NCBI GenBank assembly: GCA_946965045.2
Contig: OX337237.1
Coordinates: 434,001-498,000 of the forward strand
Reading direction: 5' to 3'
Length of the DNA stretch: 64,000 nt
From: Epithemia pelagica
Lineage: Eukaryota > Protista > Bacillariophyta
Shown in pieces: positions 1-12,517 of this stretch. Below the pieces are notes generated by a model. That model was given only the letters and a program-made list of their open reading frames with translations. It did not search any database and was not told where the DNA came from. Made by a program: the position numbers and the translations under genes. Each line of letters begins with the position of its first letter. Within the stretch, counting starts at the first letter, position 1.

Positions 1-117
1 GCCCAGCACATTACTCCCAAGTTGTATCCACAACTTCTCGAGTATTATCGGGTGGACTACGAAAACCCCTACTTCAACTTTACTCCTCCTACCCTGTCTT
101 GGGTGGAACAATCATAA
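1..117 (+). CDS. 3' end of a gene entering the window; C-terminus resembles carbohydrate sulfotransferase (Sulfotransfer_2-like) proteins
   Basis: Frame 1 is open from base 1: AQHITPKLYPQLLEYYRVDYENPYFNFTPPTLSWVEQS*. The L..YY..DY..F pattern is typical of this family's C-terminal helix. Only 38 aa are visible. Confidence 0.4.
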   Translation, partial: AQHITPKLYPQLLEYYRVDYENPYFNFTPPTLSWVEQS

Positions 118-1869
118 TCCACCCAGCATCCGCCGTCGATTAAGCAACTTGCAGTGTGACGACTGCAACGGCTTCGTTGGAGTGTTACTACTAGAATGTT
201 TGGACCTATTTGCCCTGGACCAACCAACGGCTGTTGTTGGGTTGTGGGATGCACCAGAAACAAGGAACGAAAACAGAAACGAGCCTTGCGTACGAATCCC
301 ATCGCATAGAGAGACGACAACGACGTTTGAATTTGTCACAACACACATGGTTGCCATATTGTCATTGGTCAAACAAAAAGACTCCATTGTAGTGTTACTC
401 CTATACTTTATAGTAGAGAGTGCCGTTGCCTCTCAACTATTATTCCAACCATGGATGTTCTTGTAGACTCTTTTTTTTATATCGTTCTCGCTGCTCCACA
501 CGTTTGGTGTCTCCCAACCAAACACTCTACTACTAGGAGTAATAGAGCGAATATTGACTCGAGCAGCCGCAGCAGCAGCATGTGCCGCGACAAGGTGCAC
601 CCTCTCTATTACTACCCAAGGGTCATGCCCTCATGGGACAGCCGGCAAGGTCCCGTCCATGGTCGGTTCCAGTTTCACAAAACGGCACGGAATGGTGGGT
701 CATGACACTCGTTTGGTTCACCCCCCACACTGTTGTTGTGGCGCCACAAAAAAAAGTCTCCCTGACATTCCATTGGAGTGTGCTGTATAACCATAAATGT
801 GGTGTGGAGAGGAACAAGGAGCGAGTTGCAAAATCGTGAACGACCCAACCGCAGAACCGTGCCATATACAAAATCCAAACGGCGAGCCGGTACGAGCATT
901 CGACTCGTTGTGCCAAGTGTGGATCCCACCCGTGATCCCGTCGTTTCCGGTACACCCCAATCGATAATCCCACACACACCCGACGAGGCCCCCCAAGACA
1001 AGACAATGGGTGTGTTGTTGTTCCTCCAGGTGGAGGAGGTGGAGCGTGTGTACGGCGTGCCGAACCGACCCGGATACGCTCGAGAAGCAACACACACACA
1101 CACACACACACGAGCGCGCACAAGGGACCGAACCAACTCCAGCACGGTTGTGGATGGGAATCTACTACAATATATGGACAACAACAAGAGAGGAGATGTC
1201 GAAGGTCCTTGGAGGTCATTCCCACTGGGAATGAATGTTACAGGTACTACTACATGTTGGGTGTCTACGAATTCTAATTTAGAAATGGATTTGGAAACGG
1301 TCGATTCTAGTAATATAACAGTTGGATGTTTTGGTGCTTGGGGTGTGCATCGTTTTGTGCGGACCAGACAATTCCCATTCGTTTCCTGCTCGGTTGGCTC
1401 GCTTTTTGTTGGTCCCAACCACTTTCAGGGACTTGAGCCTCTTGATCTTGATGTCTCGATACCAAAAAATGGAGCCGCATAATATCCCAGACCCAGATGT
1501 AACCTTTAACCTTAATAATACGAGAGTATTATTATTTGCCAAGACTTTTTTCCATGCTCCACATCCGTTCAGGGATTTCAAGACAATTGCCCTTTTGCAC
1601 TTTGTGTGCGCCGGCTCACAAGTCTTGCCTTTTTCAGGGACATTTCCAAATTTTGCGACAAGAGAGCATCAGTCATTCATTCCTTCGGAGAGGCATCCTT
1701 CCTCTCCATATTGCATCACCATTCCATATCATTCATCATCCTTTCAGGACACAAGTCATTCTCTCCACCTGCTTGGTTTGGGATTCTCCTGTGGAACTCC
1801 AGACGCACAGAGTTTGCTGAACCAGGCCAGCAAGCAACAACAACAACAAGGCATCCACAAGACAACATC

Positions 1870-4029
1870 ATGTCGTTTGGCGGTGGTGGTATTGATGTCG
1901 GTCCGACGCCTCCCACGGATCCACCCACGTTGGCTCCCACCTTTTTTCCCACGCGATCGCCCGTTGCCTTTGGCAGTGGGGGCATTGTGGTGGGGCCCAC
2001 GCCGCCGACGGATCCACCGACCATTTCGTTGCGACCGTCGCCGTCTCCGACGACTTCGGCCGCGCCCACGTCGACCGACACGGCCAATCCGACCCCCGGT
2101 GGTCCCTTTCCTTTTCGAGCCGAAGGTCCCGGTAGTTTTGGTTGGAAATGGAGCGATTATTATTACGATGCCTTTCAACATGGCATTCGACGTCCTGGAT
2201 GGTCCTGGGGACAAGACGATGGGTCCGGATTGCCGGCCCCCTTTTGTCATGCCGATACTTGTTACAATGTCGCCAGTGCCTGTGTCGCCTTTGGCGGAAT
2301 CTTGTTGCATTCGTCCGTATGTAGTTTTCCACCGTCCGTCAAGGTGGCCGGTCCGTCGTGTTGGAATGACGAGTGCGTCGCCGAGGGTGCACAAACCTGT
2401 TCGCAAATTGGCGGTGTGACCGTCGGAGAGCCCGATGGAAGCAATGGTCCGCAATGGTGTATTTTTAGTGGCGTTCGCAGTTTGGCCGGTCCCTTTTGTT
2501 ACAATACGGATTGTTTTGCCAGTGACATTGCCGACGCGTGTACCGTGGCCGGTGGTCGCGTCTGGAATGATAATTTTTGCATCTTGAATGGCGATTGGAC
2601 GACGGTCGGCCCGGTTTGTTGGAATAGTTTTTGCTTTGAAAATGAAGTCCAAGCCAAGTGTATCCAAGATTTGGGCGGCATTCCCTTTGCCAATCGATGG
2701 TGTCTCGTGCAGGGATGCGATCGGACTGGTACGTGTATCTATATTGGACAGTGCGTGTGTGTCACACACATGAGGAATGTTTGCGACGACGACAGGTCTG
2801 ACTGGAATTTTTTGGTTCATGGTGTGTGTGGTTCGTTTCTTTTTTTTCTGGCTTTTTGCTCTCTCTACATCTCCCTCGATATTATTCTACAATGTCATTA
2901 TCATTATCATTATTGTCGACATTAGTCATTGGTCCTACGTGTTCCATGGTTCCCGGTTTGTTTGATCAATGCTTTCAAAGTGAAACCATTGCCCTGTGTC
3001 AAGAATTGGAGGGCATTAACTTGGCCAATCGCTTTTGTGTCGTGGAGGGGACGGATTGGACCGAAATTGGACCGACCGTCTATCATTTGGATGAAAACTT
3101 GCAAGCCACGCGTCAATTTTGTACCCAATTGGCGGCCGCCGCGGACGATGACACGGAAAACAACCAAGGCATGGATACGAATACCAATACCGATGGTACG
3201 GGCGACAATGAGGACGAGGAAAAGGAATTTTTGGACCGCGCCACCTTGTTTCGGGGCGAACAAGCCTTTGAGATTGCCGGCAATTTTTGCATTGTCAAGA
3301 ATCGTCGCTTGGTCACGTCCACGCCCTTTTGTGCCGGCAATAGTTTGCACGTCGATTCCTTTTGCAATTTTGAACAGGGCCGGGCCTTTTGCGACCGGTT
3401 TGGCGGCCAAACCGTGGCCAATGGCTTCATGTGTACCCTGTGCGATTCCTTTCAACAAGTGGTGGGACCGTTAATGTGGAATGGCGAATTTCTCGACGGC
3501 GATCCCGCCTATTGCGAAGGTCCCTTTTGTGCCATTCCCAATCTTGGTACGTAGAACAGTGTGTCGAGTGTATGCGTGTGGTGGTTGCTGTTGCTGTTGG
3601 TGTTGTTGTTGGTGTCATGGTGGAGAACCTGTAGCTCTGTGGATGGATACTATACTGCTGATTGTTCCTCTTTACTCACACGTCTCCCCAACACCTTGTT
3701 TGTATTCTTTTGTGTACTGCTTATGCCTGTGATTGTGCTCGGAATAACAATGACGACATTTAACAGACATTGTCAATGGGACCAATGTCAATGCGCGATG
3801 TCCCGCGTCGGCCCCCGTTCCCAACAAGTGTGAAGCCTTTGGTGGGGCCATTGGCATTGGCCTGCAAGTCGATGACATTAACAATCGCACGGGCGATGAC
3901 GATTTGTTCAACAATACGACCTCTGGGGCACCCGCAGCAAGGACACTGTGGGGTGGGTACCATCATCGATGGATCGTCGGGACGGCCCTGGCCACTCTGG
4001 TGTTACTGACGAGTGGATCCATTCCGTAG
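1870..4029 (+). CDS. Cys-rich repeat cell-surface-like protein with Pro/Thr-rich N-terminus and hydrophobic C-terminal tail; join(1870..2728,2926..3546,3767..4029)
   Basis: GT-AG introns 2729-2925 and 3547-3766 join three frames with matching phases. Repeated GPxC-x3-C-x7/9-C-x3-GG...C units. The last exon, not in the ORF track, ends NNTTSGAPAARTLWGGYHHRWIVGTALATLVLLTSGSIP*. Start codon uncertain; no signal peptide found. Confidence 0.7.
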
Positions 4030-4996
4030 CAACCAGCAACGCGTGTATCAAACCGAGTTGCAAGATACGGCGACGACAAACCTTTGTGTTTTTCGAAATC
4101 CTTGTGTGTGTTGGTGTGTAATAGTATTGGATGATGGGAAGGAAACGTGTGTGTGTGTGTGTCGTCCGTTCCAGAACTGTGTGGGCAGGGAAAACGGTTG
4201 GCGCACACGAGAGACGAAACAAGAAACAAATAATAATCCAATGGGTACTGACTGTGAGGAGGGAGAGGACGGTGTTGCATCATCATTCGATCCATCAATA
4301 ATGTACGAGACGCCAATCGATCGTTGGGAGCAGGGCGGCACTCTACGGATGAGAGAGTCAGTCAGGACGCTCTCGACAGTTTCATCCAGGAGAGGAACGA
4401 TTGGGACTTGTACTTTTTCTTTCATGTTGTTCATTGACGTTAAAATTATACGAATGTTAGCCTTAGATATATAACGTGGTAAACTCAATTCCTCCATGGT
4501 ATATGGTCGGACCTAGGGACTATGTGGACAACCACACCATCTAGACTTTGGTCTTGCGTTTTGTGTGCGGGTTGCTTGAACTTTTTGGGGGAAATGAGCA
4601 AATGGGGGAAGGGGAAGAAAGCCTTTTGGGCCTTCTTCTTCAACTTGGATGGGGTGTAAATCTCCTATAAGTACAAGAATTGGTCCGTTACCAAAACGGT
4701 TACTGATGACGAATCGCCCAAATTTTCATCGCTTCAGGATCCCTTTCGTATATATCAATAAGTACAAAGTCATTGATGAAATGCTGGAAATCATTCTTCG
4801 ATTCCGTTTGGTCTTGGTCCCTAACTACCCTTCCAGCTACTTAGAGAGAGCTCCACGCCACAAGCGATACGACCCTCCGTCATCCATCGGGGCCCCCGCC
4901 CCTTCACAATAACAGCTTCTCCCTTTTTCTCTTTTGGATACACGAAAGTTTGCTGGCAACACCTCTCTTTGGACTCGTGCTCTCTCCCAGCAGCCG

Positions 4997-5088
4997 AGTG
5001 TTATTGTTTGTCCCTATTACACCGGCAACTCCATAATAGAAAAGTGTTATTGTTTGTCCCTATTACACCGGCAACTCCGTAATAGAAA
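4997..5088. repeat. Two tandem copies of a 46-bp unit upstream of the kinase
   Basis: agtgttattgtttgtccctattacaccggcaactcc(a/g)taatagaaa at 4997 and 5043. Confidence 0.85.
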
Positions 5089-5209
5089 AGAGAAACAATA
5101 TACCACCGAAGCCAAGCCAATATTCGAGGTAACGTTGGATTCCCCCACCAACTCTCTCTCTCTCTCATTGTCTCCCACCATACGCCAAATCGGAGTTGGT
5201 ACTACTCAA

Positions 5210-7243
5210 ATGTCTCTTCACGAGATCCTCCATCCCCAATCCTCCTCCTCCTCCTCCTCGTCCCTGTCCACCACCGCCATGGTGTCCCACAACTCGGATT
5301 CTTCTTCTTCTCCTTCTTCTTCTCCTCCCCATGGTGGTACGACCATAAAAGTCTTCGATTCCCTCCAACCCTTTCAAGTGGGCGCGCTCCTGGGAACGGG
5401 TGGATATGCTGTGGTCCATCAAGTGCGACACCGACGCACCCACCCAATGATGATTCGTCGTTGTGGTAGTACTCCCAACACGAAACCAAACAAGCTTCAT
5501 CCGCAGCAGCAGCAGCATCCAAACGATGATGATGACGACGAAGACGAGGAGCATCCCATTGTCCCTCTTCCTCCGTCTCCCACACGACGATTGTTCATAG
5601 CTGACTTATTGAACGGCCCAGAAATCTCCAATCCCAACAAGAACAAGCACAGCAACACCAGTCTCCCGAACCAGCAGCAGCCACGAGAAAAAGAGGACCA
5701 GAATCCTACCCGAAAGCGACCCTCGGTACAAACCACAACGACCACCACTACCACCCATTCTTCCTCGACGGAATGTGCCTCTTCCGTCTCATCGTCGTCC
5801 TTCTCCTCCCCCTCCTTGTCCTCCCACTCATCATCATCCTTGGATGGATCCACCAGTAGTACACCTCCTCGTTCTTCCACCCATAAACCAACGACGAAGA
5901 CAAGTCCCATTCGTGCCTTCCAGCAAGACGACGACGACGAATCATCGTCGTCTCCTCCAACAGTGTGGGCCGTGAAACGATTGCATCGCAAAACCTTGGC
6001 CGATCCATCCAAACGACGATTGGGCATTCAAGGATTGCGTCACGAAGTCCAACTCTTGTCGCAACTCAAACCCCATCCCAACATTATACGATTGGTGGGG
6101 GCCTCCTCCAATTTGGTGATGGACCAGTCATCATCCGACGACGACAACAACCACCACAACAAGAACCACCTCTCACACTTTATCCTGTTGGAACAATTGG
6201 TCCAACCCCTGGACCAAGCCTTGGTGGAATGGAAACAAGAAGAAGAACGGGAACAACAACAAAGACGACGACAACAACAACACGATGCACCCGGAAACGT
6301 CAATCCATGGAAACGTCTCCTCCAAAGACGACGACAACGACGACGACGAGGCAACCACCACCACACAACCAACCAACAACCATCCGACCCGTCCACAGGA
6401 CAACGTGTCCCGAACCACAGCAGCAGCAGTACTGGTAGTAGTTGCAGTAGTAGTAGCAAACACGAGGGACAAGTTCATCGATTGCAACACGTGGGAGTGG
6501 CCTTGGGCCAGGCCCTGGCTTTTTTGCACCAACACCACATTGTCTATCGCGATTTGAAACCCTCCAATCTGGGATTGGATCGTCACGGCACCCTCAAGGT
6601 GTTTGATTTTGGATTGGCCCGTCGTCTTGAATCGGCCATCACCACACGAGTCCAGGGTCGGTGTGGCACCTTAAGATACATGGCCCCCGAAGTGGCCGCG
6701 CACAATCTCGATCCCGCCCTCCGACAGCAATATCAAGCAGCCTTGCACATACCACCACCACCACAATCACAACCAGCCACTCTCTCTCCCAACAACAACA
6801 AAACCAACAACAACAACAAGAAGAAGATCAAAAAACTCGTGCCGCGTGGACTTTCCTCCGATGTCCATTCCTTTGGCATGGTCTTGTACGAACTAGTCTC
6901 CTTGCACAAACCCTACTACACGGTGACGGACAAGTACGACTTGAATCGCATTGTCGTTGGCAATGCCTTGTGCCTGGAAGCGGGCCATTCCACTCATGCC
7001 ATGAAGTGGCCCACCCCCTCGGTTTTGGCGGTACCCGCCCTGCGTCCGCTTTTGCGCGACTGTTGGCAAGAACCACAAACGAGACCGTCCATGGGCCAAG
7101 TTGTCAAACAATTGGAAACCATCGTGTTGCAACAACAATCACAACCACAAGAACCACACTCCTCAAAATTGGTCGAACGGCTGGACCCTGGCGATTCACG
7201 GTTGGCCGTTTCGCCGTCTACCACTGTCCTACCAGAACAATAA
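5210..7243 (+). CDS. Protein kinase (TKL-like, with low-complexity insertions)
   Basis: Gly loop LGTGGYAVV, WAVKRL, YRDLKPSN, DFG, GTLRYMAPE, SDVHSFG, CW...RP. First in-frame ATG at 5210; the track's 4934 start is a non-ATG codon. Confidence 0.9.
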   Translation: MSLHEILHPQSSSSSSSSLSTTAMVSHNSDSSSSPSSSPPHGGTTIKVFDSLQPFQVGALLGTGGYAVVHQVRHRRTHPMMIRRCGSTPNTKPNKLHPQQQQHPNDDDDDEDEEHPIVPLPPSPTRRLFIADLLNGPEISNPNKNKHSNTSLPNQQQPREKEDQNPTRKRPSVQTTTTTTTTHSSSTECASSVSSSSFSSPSLSSHSSSSLDGSTSSTPPRSSTHKPTTKTSPIRAFQQDDDDESSSSPPTVWAVKRLHRKTLADPSKRRLGIQGLRHEVQLLSQLKPHPNIIRLVGASSNLVMDQSSSDDDNNHHNKNHLSHFILLEQLVQPLDQALVEWKQEEEREQQQRRRQQQHDAPGNVNPWKRLLQRRRQRRRRGNHHHTTNQQPSDPSTGQRVPNHSSSSTGSSCSSSSKHEGQVHRLQHVGVALGQALAFLHQHHIVYRDLKPSNLGLDRHGTLKVFDFGLARRLESAITTRVQGRCGTLRYMAPEVAAHNLDPALRQQYQAALHIPPPPQSQPATLSPNNNKTNNNNKKKIKKLVPRGLSSDVHSFGMVLYELVSLHKPYYTVTDKYDLNRIVVGNALCLEAGHSTHAMKWPTPSVLAVPALRPLLRDCWQEPQTRPSMGQVVKQLETIVLQQQSQPQEPHSSKLVERLDPGDSRLAVSPSTTVLPEQ

Positions 7244-7514
7244 GTCTACATACATACACATACACAACACTGGAGGTCGGCCTGCGTATCCTACAAACGA
7301 CGCACACATTCCTCAATCGTTCCAATCCGTTCCATTCATTCATTCATTCATTCATCTATCCTTCTCTCCCACTTGGTTACTTTGGAAAGAGAGAGAGAGA
7401 GAGAGATGGAGAACAAGTAGACGAATCGAGAGAATCGGTTGCTATGGACCAGAGACTAGGTATAGTCGTTTGTTCCCCCACTGTTAATTCTTTCGTTTGT
7501 TGTGGAAATTGCCT

Positions 7515-9572
7515 CTAGTCGTCCTCCTCCTCTTGACTCGATACTACGATGACGGCTTGGGCATTGTCCCCATCATCGTCTTCGGTATCGTCATCATCCA
7601 CACTGGCTTCTTCTTCGTCATCGTCTTCGTCGTCGTCATCAGTACCATCACCCGGATTGTCCTCCTGCTCCATGGGTTCGTCGTCGTCGTCGTCATCGGG
7701 ACGTTCCACCCACTGATAATCGGGATCTTCCTCCTCTTCGTCATCCTCTTCGTCATCCTCGTCGTCATCCTCGTCTTCGTGTTGGACATGGCGGTCCGTG
7801 TCATTGGGACGGTGTCGTTTCGATCCATGTGGTTGTTGTTCTTGTTGTTGTTGCGTTTGTTGTTCTTGTTGTTGATGATGGTGACAAATGGCATTCCAAG
7901 CGTCTTGACTGGCTTGGCGTTGCGGTCGTCGTTTTCGATAGGTTGAAGTGGTGGTTGGATTGTTGTCGTCGTCGTCCTTATTCGTCGGACCATTCGGATT
8001 GTTCTTGTGACGTTTCTTTTGTTGGGCCGGCCGCAGGACTTGCTGAATGTATCGATTCCAAACCGGTACATGATCTCGATCAATATTGGTCCATTCCACC
8101 ACTTGGTGTACCGTATCGTCCTCTGGGTCGTCGTTGTTGGTGTTGTGGTGGTGGGAAGCACCCGTCGGCCCGGACGGTGGTTGCGTCACCACCAATTGGA
8201 GCGTGGCGTAGCGACCCCCTCCCCCACTGGGCAGAATGGTCAATTGGTGTATGTCGTCCAGGGGATACCAGACCAGGTAGGACGGTGTGGGCGTTGTGAC
8301 AAACAAGAGTCCCTGGTCGTCCAACGGCCACACGACACCATCGCGGGTTCCGAGAAAACAGGCACAAAAGGGCAAACCAGTGTCGTTGTTGGTGGTGGAG
8401 GACGATTTGGCAAAGGAAATGGTGTTGTTGTTGTTGGTTCCAGTGGGTGTCAAGGATGCCACGGTCAGAATGCGGCTCACCGGAGGAGCCAAAGGAACTG
8501 GCTGGTTTGATGGTGGGTCTTGCTGGTTCTTGTTGTCATTGTCGTCTGTACGGCTCTGAAGCATGGTGGTGGCCACTTGTTGCATCCAGGGTCTCAGCGA
8601 TTCTTCGACAGATTGGATCTCGTCTGGCTGGTTGTTGTTGTTGTTGTCCTTGTCGCTCTTGTTGGAGGCCTGCTGCTTTTTGGGTTTGGGTGGCGGAGTC
8701 ACCATCCAAGCGACTTGATAATAAGATTTGGAATGCAACGTCGTCTTGTTGTGGTGGTTGCTGTCGGATTGTGCATGCAAAGTCACCAAGGAGGGTGGAA
8801 GGCATGCCAACGAGCGAGATGCATCAGTCGTCGTGTGCTGCTGGTTGGATGCCTTTTGCTCCTTCTTGACTTGTTGTTCCAACGTTTGATGACGTTGAGT
8901 CCAATACCAGGCGTGGGGTGCCACCATCAACGCGACCCAACTCACAGTTTCGGGAGATTTGCCCCATTTGACATCATTGGGTTTGGGAACGACGAGCAGG
9001 TGCGGCAGTTGTCGTGCGGATGAGGAGGACGATGATGGTCCAGGCTGGTTGGAGGAAAAGGGCACGGTCCACACGGCTGTTGCTGCTTCCATACTAGTAT
9101 TAGTAGTAGTGTTGGCAGGATTGACATACCGTCGTGCTTGCAATCCCTGCGGAAACAAGTGCAACGTGACCTTGCCACATTTGGGCGGTGTCAAACACGA
9201 CACTGGTTGTGGCAGTGTTGTGGTATTTGTTGTCGTTGTGGTTGTGGGCCAGCACGAAATCTCGCTTCCCCAATCCTCATTCAACCCGAAAGGAGGAGAC
9301 AATGTTACAGGTTGGGCGACCGAAGTGTCCGTCTCTGGTCGTGGTGGTGGTAACACGGACAGAGCCTCTTGCAAAAAGGCACGAGCTTCCTTCTCCATCT
9401 CGTGGTGGTTGGTGTTGGATGATTGGTAGCGTTCCAAACAAGCGTGTGCCAATTCGGCGGCCGTACACGTTGCCACATTCAACCAACCATCACTATCATT
9501 GTTGCTGTTCTTCTCCTTCTCCTCCTCCTCCTCTTTCATGTTGCTCTTGTCTTGGTCATTGTCCGGTAGCAT
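7515..9572 (-). CDS. Rtt106/SSRP1-like histone chaperone PH-domain protein with acidic tail
   Basis: 685-aa ATG ORF. FCACFLGTRDGVVWPLDDQGLLFV...GGGGRYATLQLVV...VEWTNIDRDHV matches the Rtt106-type PH domain pattern. Long D/E-rich C-terminus. Confidence 0.7.
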   Translation of the reverse strand: MLPDNDQDKSNMKEEEEEKEKNSNNDSDGWLNVATCTAAELAHACLERYQSSNTNHHEMEKEARAFLQEALSVLPPPRPETDTSVAQPVTLSPPFGLNEDWGSEISCWPTTTTTTNTTTLPQPVSCLTPPKCGKVTLHLFPQGLQARRYVNPANTTTNTSMEAATAVWTVPFSSNQPGPSSSSSSARQLPHLLVVPKPNDVKWGKSPETVSWVALMVAPHAWYWTQRHQTLEQQVKKEQKASNQQHTTTDASRSLACLPPSLVTLHAQSDSNHHNKTTLHSKSYYQVAWMVTPPPKPKKQQASNKSDKDNNNNNQPDEIQSVEESLRPWMQQVATTMLQSRTDDNDNKNQQDPPSNQPVPLAPPVSRILTVASLTPTGTNNNNTISFAKSSSTTNNDTGLPFCACFLGTRDGVVWPLDDQGLLFVTTPTPSYLVWYPLDDIHQLTILPSGGGGRYATLQLVVTQPPSGPTGASHHHNTNNDDPEDDTVHQVVEWTNIDRDHVPVWNRYIQQVLRPAQQKKRHKNNPNGPTNKDDDDNNPTTTSTYRKRRPQRQASQDAWNAICHHHQQQEQQTQQQQEQQPHGSKRHRPNDTDRHVQHEDEDDDEDDEEDDEEEEDPDYQWVERPDDDDDDEPMEQEDNPGDGTDDDDEDDDEEEASVDDDDTEDDDGDNAQAVIVVSSQEEEDD

Positions 9573-9620
9573 ACTGTTTTGACACTAGTGTGTATCTATC
9601 GCACACACACACACAAGAAC

Positions 9621-9661
9621 CTCTGTCTCTCTCTGTCTCTCTCTGTCTCTCTGTCTCTCTG

Positions 9662-9704
<43 letters not shown>

Positions 9705-9749
9705 GTCTCTCTCTGTCTCTGTCTCTCTCTCTCTCTCTCTCTCTGTCTC
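9621..9749. repeat. Compound (CT)n/(CTCTGT)n microsatellite
   Basis: Directly visible; explains the spurious SL/ER-rich ORFs here. Confidence 0.95.
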
Positions 9750-10290
9750 GCTCCATCCATTCAAGAGCTTGATGGTTCCCCAGTCTCTCTCTCACCCTGT
9801 GTCGATCGCTTTGTATCAATGACACCCAAAATGGTGGAGCGTTTACCAATCGCGATCCACGTGCGACCGGAAAGGAGGGAGATTCGAGGTGCGCGCCGGC
9901 CGTCAGGGGGCTTTGGGCGCACAGGACGACGAGCACATCCGATCCGCAAAAACATCTTCACTATTTTTGATTCGTGGTTTCCCCATTCATTGCGCGCAAC
10001 ACCCAAACGATGTTCCTTCTGGATGATTCGTGGTGGCAACTCTCTCGTTCCCCAAGAAGGAGGCCGTGGTGTGTCGTTTTTCGCTTCTTTTTCTACGAAT
10101 CTCTACATACGAGTTACAAAATCCATTCTACTAAAGTAGTATTCTTGACACACACAAAACAACAAATGTAGTACCGTTCCAACTTGTGCGCGCGCAACCG
10201 TAAACCTCTTGCTTGTCGTCCTTGTCGGTGCGGCACGCTCCACTTCCTCCGCCTCGTGGAGTAACAACACACCTATTGTCCTATGATGCC

Positions 10291-11777
10291 TTACGGCTCA
10301 TCAGGTGTGTGATCAATGTGGGCAAAGGAAAAGACGTGGTCACTGGTGGGGTCCACTTCGCACAAGACCCAGCCGATATCACCCGATCCAGGACATTGGA
10401 CGGCCACGAGATTGTCGGCCAAGCCACCAGGGTTGGGATAGACACTGTAAAAGTGACAATCGCCATGAAACAAGACGACGGGCTTTTCAAAGTCATTGGC
10501 TTCTTCCACGAGGGCATGCCAAAAGTCTTGCATGCCGGTCAAAATGCGCACGGGCGTACTGCTGTCGATACAGTCGCCTTCGCAGCGAAAAAAAGTTGGC
10601 TTGAATGGCCACCATGACACCGGCCATGTCGTACTCCTGGGCAATTTCAAAGGCATGCTTCATAAAGTCAATACCGACATGGTTGCGTTCCCGAAATTCG
10701 GCATTGGCATGTTCACAGCCGGGATCAATAATGTCATGGTAGGTACTGCAGGTCGCATCGACACCGTCGTAAAAGGTATTGTTGGTTCCCGTCACATGAA
10801 TGGCCGCATACATGACATTGTTGTACGTCCACAATTGCATCTCGGGATAGGCCTTGCTGTAAATGCTGGTATCAAGACTGCCGGCGTACTTGCTACCAAA
10901 CATGGTGCGTTCGCCGTCATAAAAGCGGTGACGAATGTAGTCCAAACGCTCCAAGGGATCGTAATTGCCATTGCTCAAGCGATGACAATCCGTCCATTCG
11001 TCTATTGTTGTCGTATAGAAGAAAACAAGTTTTAGTGTGACGATGAGGGCCAATCCACACCTGGATACATGATACCACAAACCAAAAACACATAGGAGGA
11101 CCATTGCGTAGTACTTACTGTCACCAAGCGTCAAGATTCCGGGACTGTCAAACGAGTTGATCAAATCTTCAAAGCGCTTGTAACTGAGTTCCCCACACGA
11201 GGCACCTCCTCCCTTGACATCACCGGCATGAATGTTAAAGGCCAAATCATAACTGTTGACGGCATCGCGCATGGTCGCATAGACATCTCCGTACGTGTCT
11301 TTTTCGCAATTGTCAAACACATTCACCGTTTCGCCACGGTAGGGCAAGTCACCCCACAAGGCAATCTTGTACGGCTCCGAGCTTGCCTAGTATACAAGAA
11401 GTACAGGGAACAAAACAAGACATGAGGATGAAAAGAACAAAAGCAACGGATCAGGATGAATCTTGACAATGTCTCCAATGGTCCAACAACAACAAGTCAA
11501 TCAACAATGCACAGGACTTACCTTGGCCATTTCTTTCTTTCCCTTGCCACCGTCTGTGATTCATGAGAATGGAATCAACCGCCCAACATCACCGGCAAAT
11601 AGTATTATGGAACAACCATGAATGATGAGTCCTTGTCACCCCATGAGAATCACACTAAGTTTCATCCACTATTGAATGGTCCTCACCTTTCTTTCCTTCA
11701 TCCTTTTTGCCTTTTCCGGCCTGAACCATGACGCCACACGAAGACACGAGTGCCAAACAAGCCAAGGAGAGCTTCAT
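10291..11777 (-). CDS. Secreted calcineurin-like metallophosphoesterase, copy 1; join(11777..11687,11553..11522,11386..11119,11001..10291), with a +1 frameshift at the A7 run 10588-10594
   Basis: Signal-like MKLSLACLALVSSCGVMVQA. Motifs WGDLPY, HAGDVK, GD/NEWTDCHR (split by an intron), HVTG, FHGDCH. Splice phases are consistent, including a 32-nt micro-exon. Removing one base from the A7 run restores a continuous frame. Confidence 0.8.
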
Positions 11778-12517
11778 GGTTTAATTTCTGTTATTGTCTT
11801 TTTGGATCGAGGGGATTGCACGAGGAGTCGAATGCTCGTCACGGCTGGATTTTATGACACGGTGTTGCTGTTTTGTCGGTCACATTTCGTGAATCTCCTT
11901 GTTCCCACACACACACACATGCTTGTAGCATAGAATGGCAGGGAGACTTTTCGTTGTGCAAACAACATTTTTGGTGAATCAAAGTTCATGGACCGCCGTT
12001 CCTTGCCGTTGTCCAACTGGAACCAACCAGTGGCTGGACCTGGCCTGTCCCATGACACCGTGAAGCTTGGGTAGAGAGTCTACGGAAGCATGCCATGGAG
12101 GCCAGGCTTGGAGCAACGGATGAACAAGAGAATGTCCAATATCTGTGCATACCGAATTTTTTGTCCATCTTCTCTCACATTCATATTGTTTGTTTGTTGG
12201 AGTATCGAGTAGTCTAGAGAGATCCAGAACAGGGGGTTCTTGAACTGCATCCAGGAGATGCAACAAAGATTCATGTGGATTGGATGGAATCTTTGGGTCT
12301 TTTTTTGGTTCGTTGCGGTTCGCAGTTCGCCGAGTTCGATCGGCTGTTGCGGGAATCCGGTCGCGTCGAGTGGCGCAACGGGGCGTTCTTTTGAAGGACG
12401 CCCCACTGCGGGGTTTGCTACGGTGGCTATACCTCCTCGTCATCGTTGCCACAACAAGCCCAAGCAGGAGCAACCGCCAAGTCCTTTCACTTGTTGTTTG
12501 GATCGTCGTCTCGGCGC

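Noticed and set aside
118-1600. Several overlapping ORFs of 80-250 aa on both strands
   Set aside because: No coherent family motif or consistent splice model could be built; may be a decayed gene.
5165-9430. Many long antisense and alternative-frame ORFs (poly-V, C, L, R)
   Set aside because: Shadows of low-complexity CAA/GAC/TCC-rich coding sequence on the opposite strand.
9556-10139. ORFs with SLSL or ERER runs
   Set aside because: Translations of the CT/GA microsatellite.
12230-12394. Protein-like frame (LELHPGDATKIHVDW...RNGAFF*) in frame with and upstream of the chimera
   Set aside because: Separated by TGA at 12392-12394 and not identifiable; could be a third donor but is unsupported.
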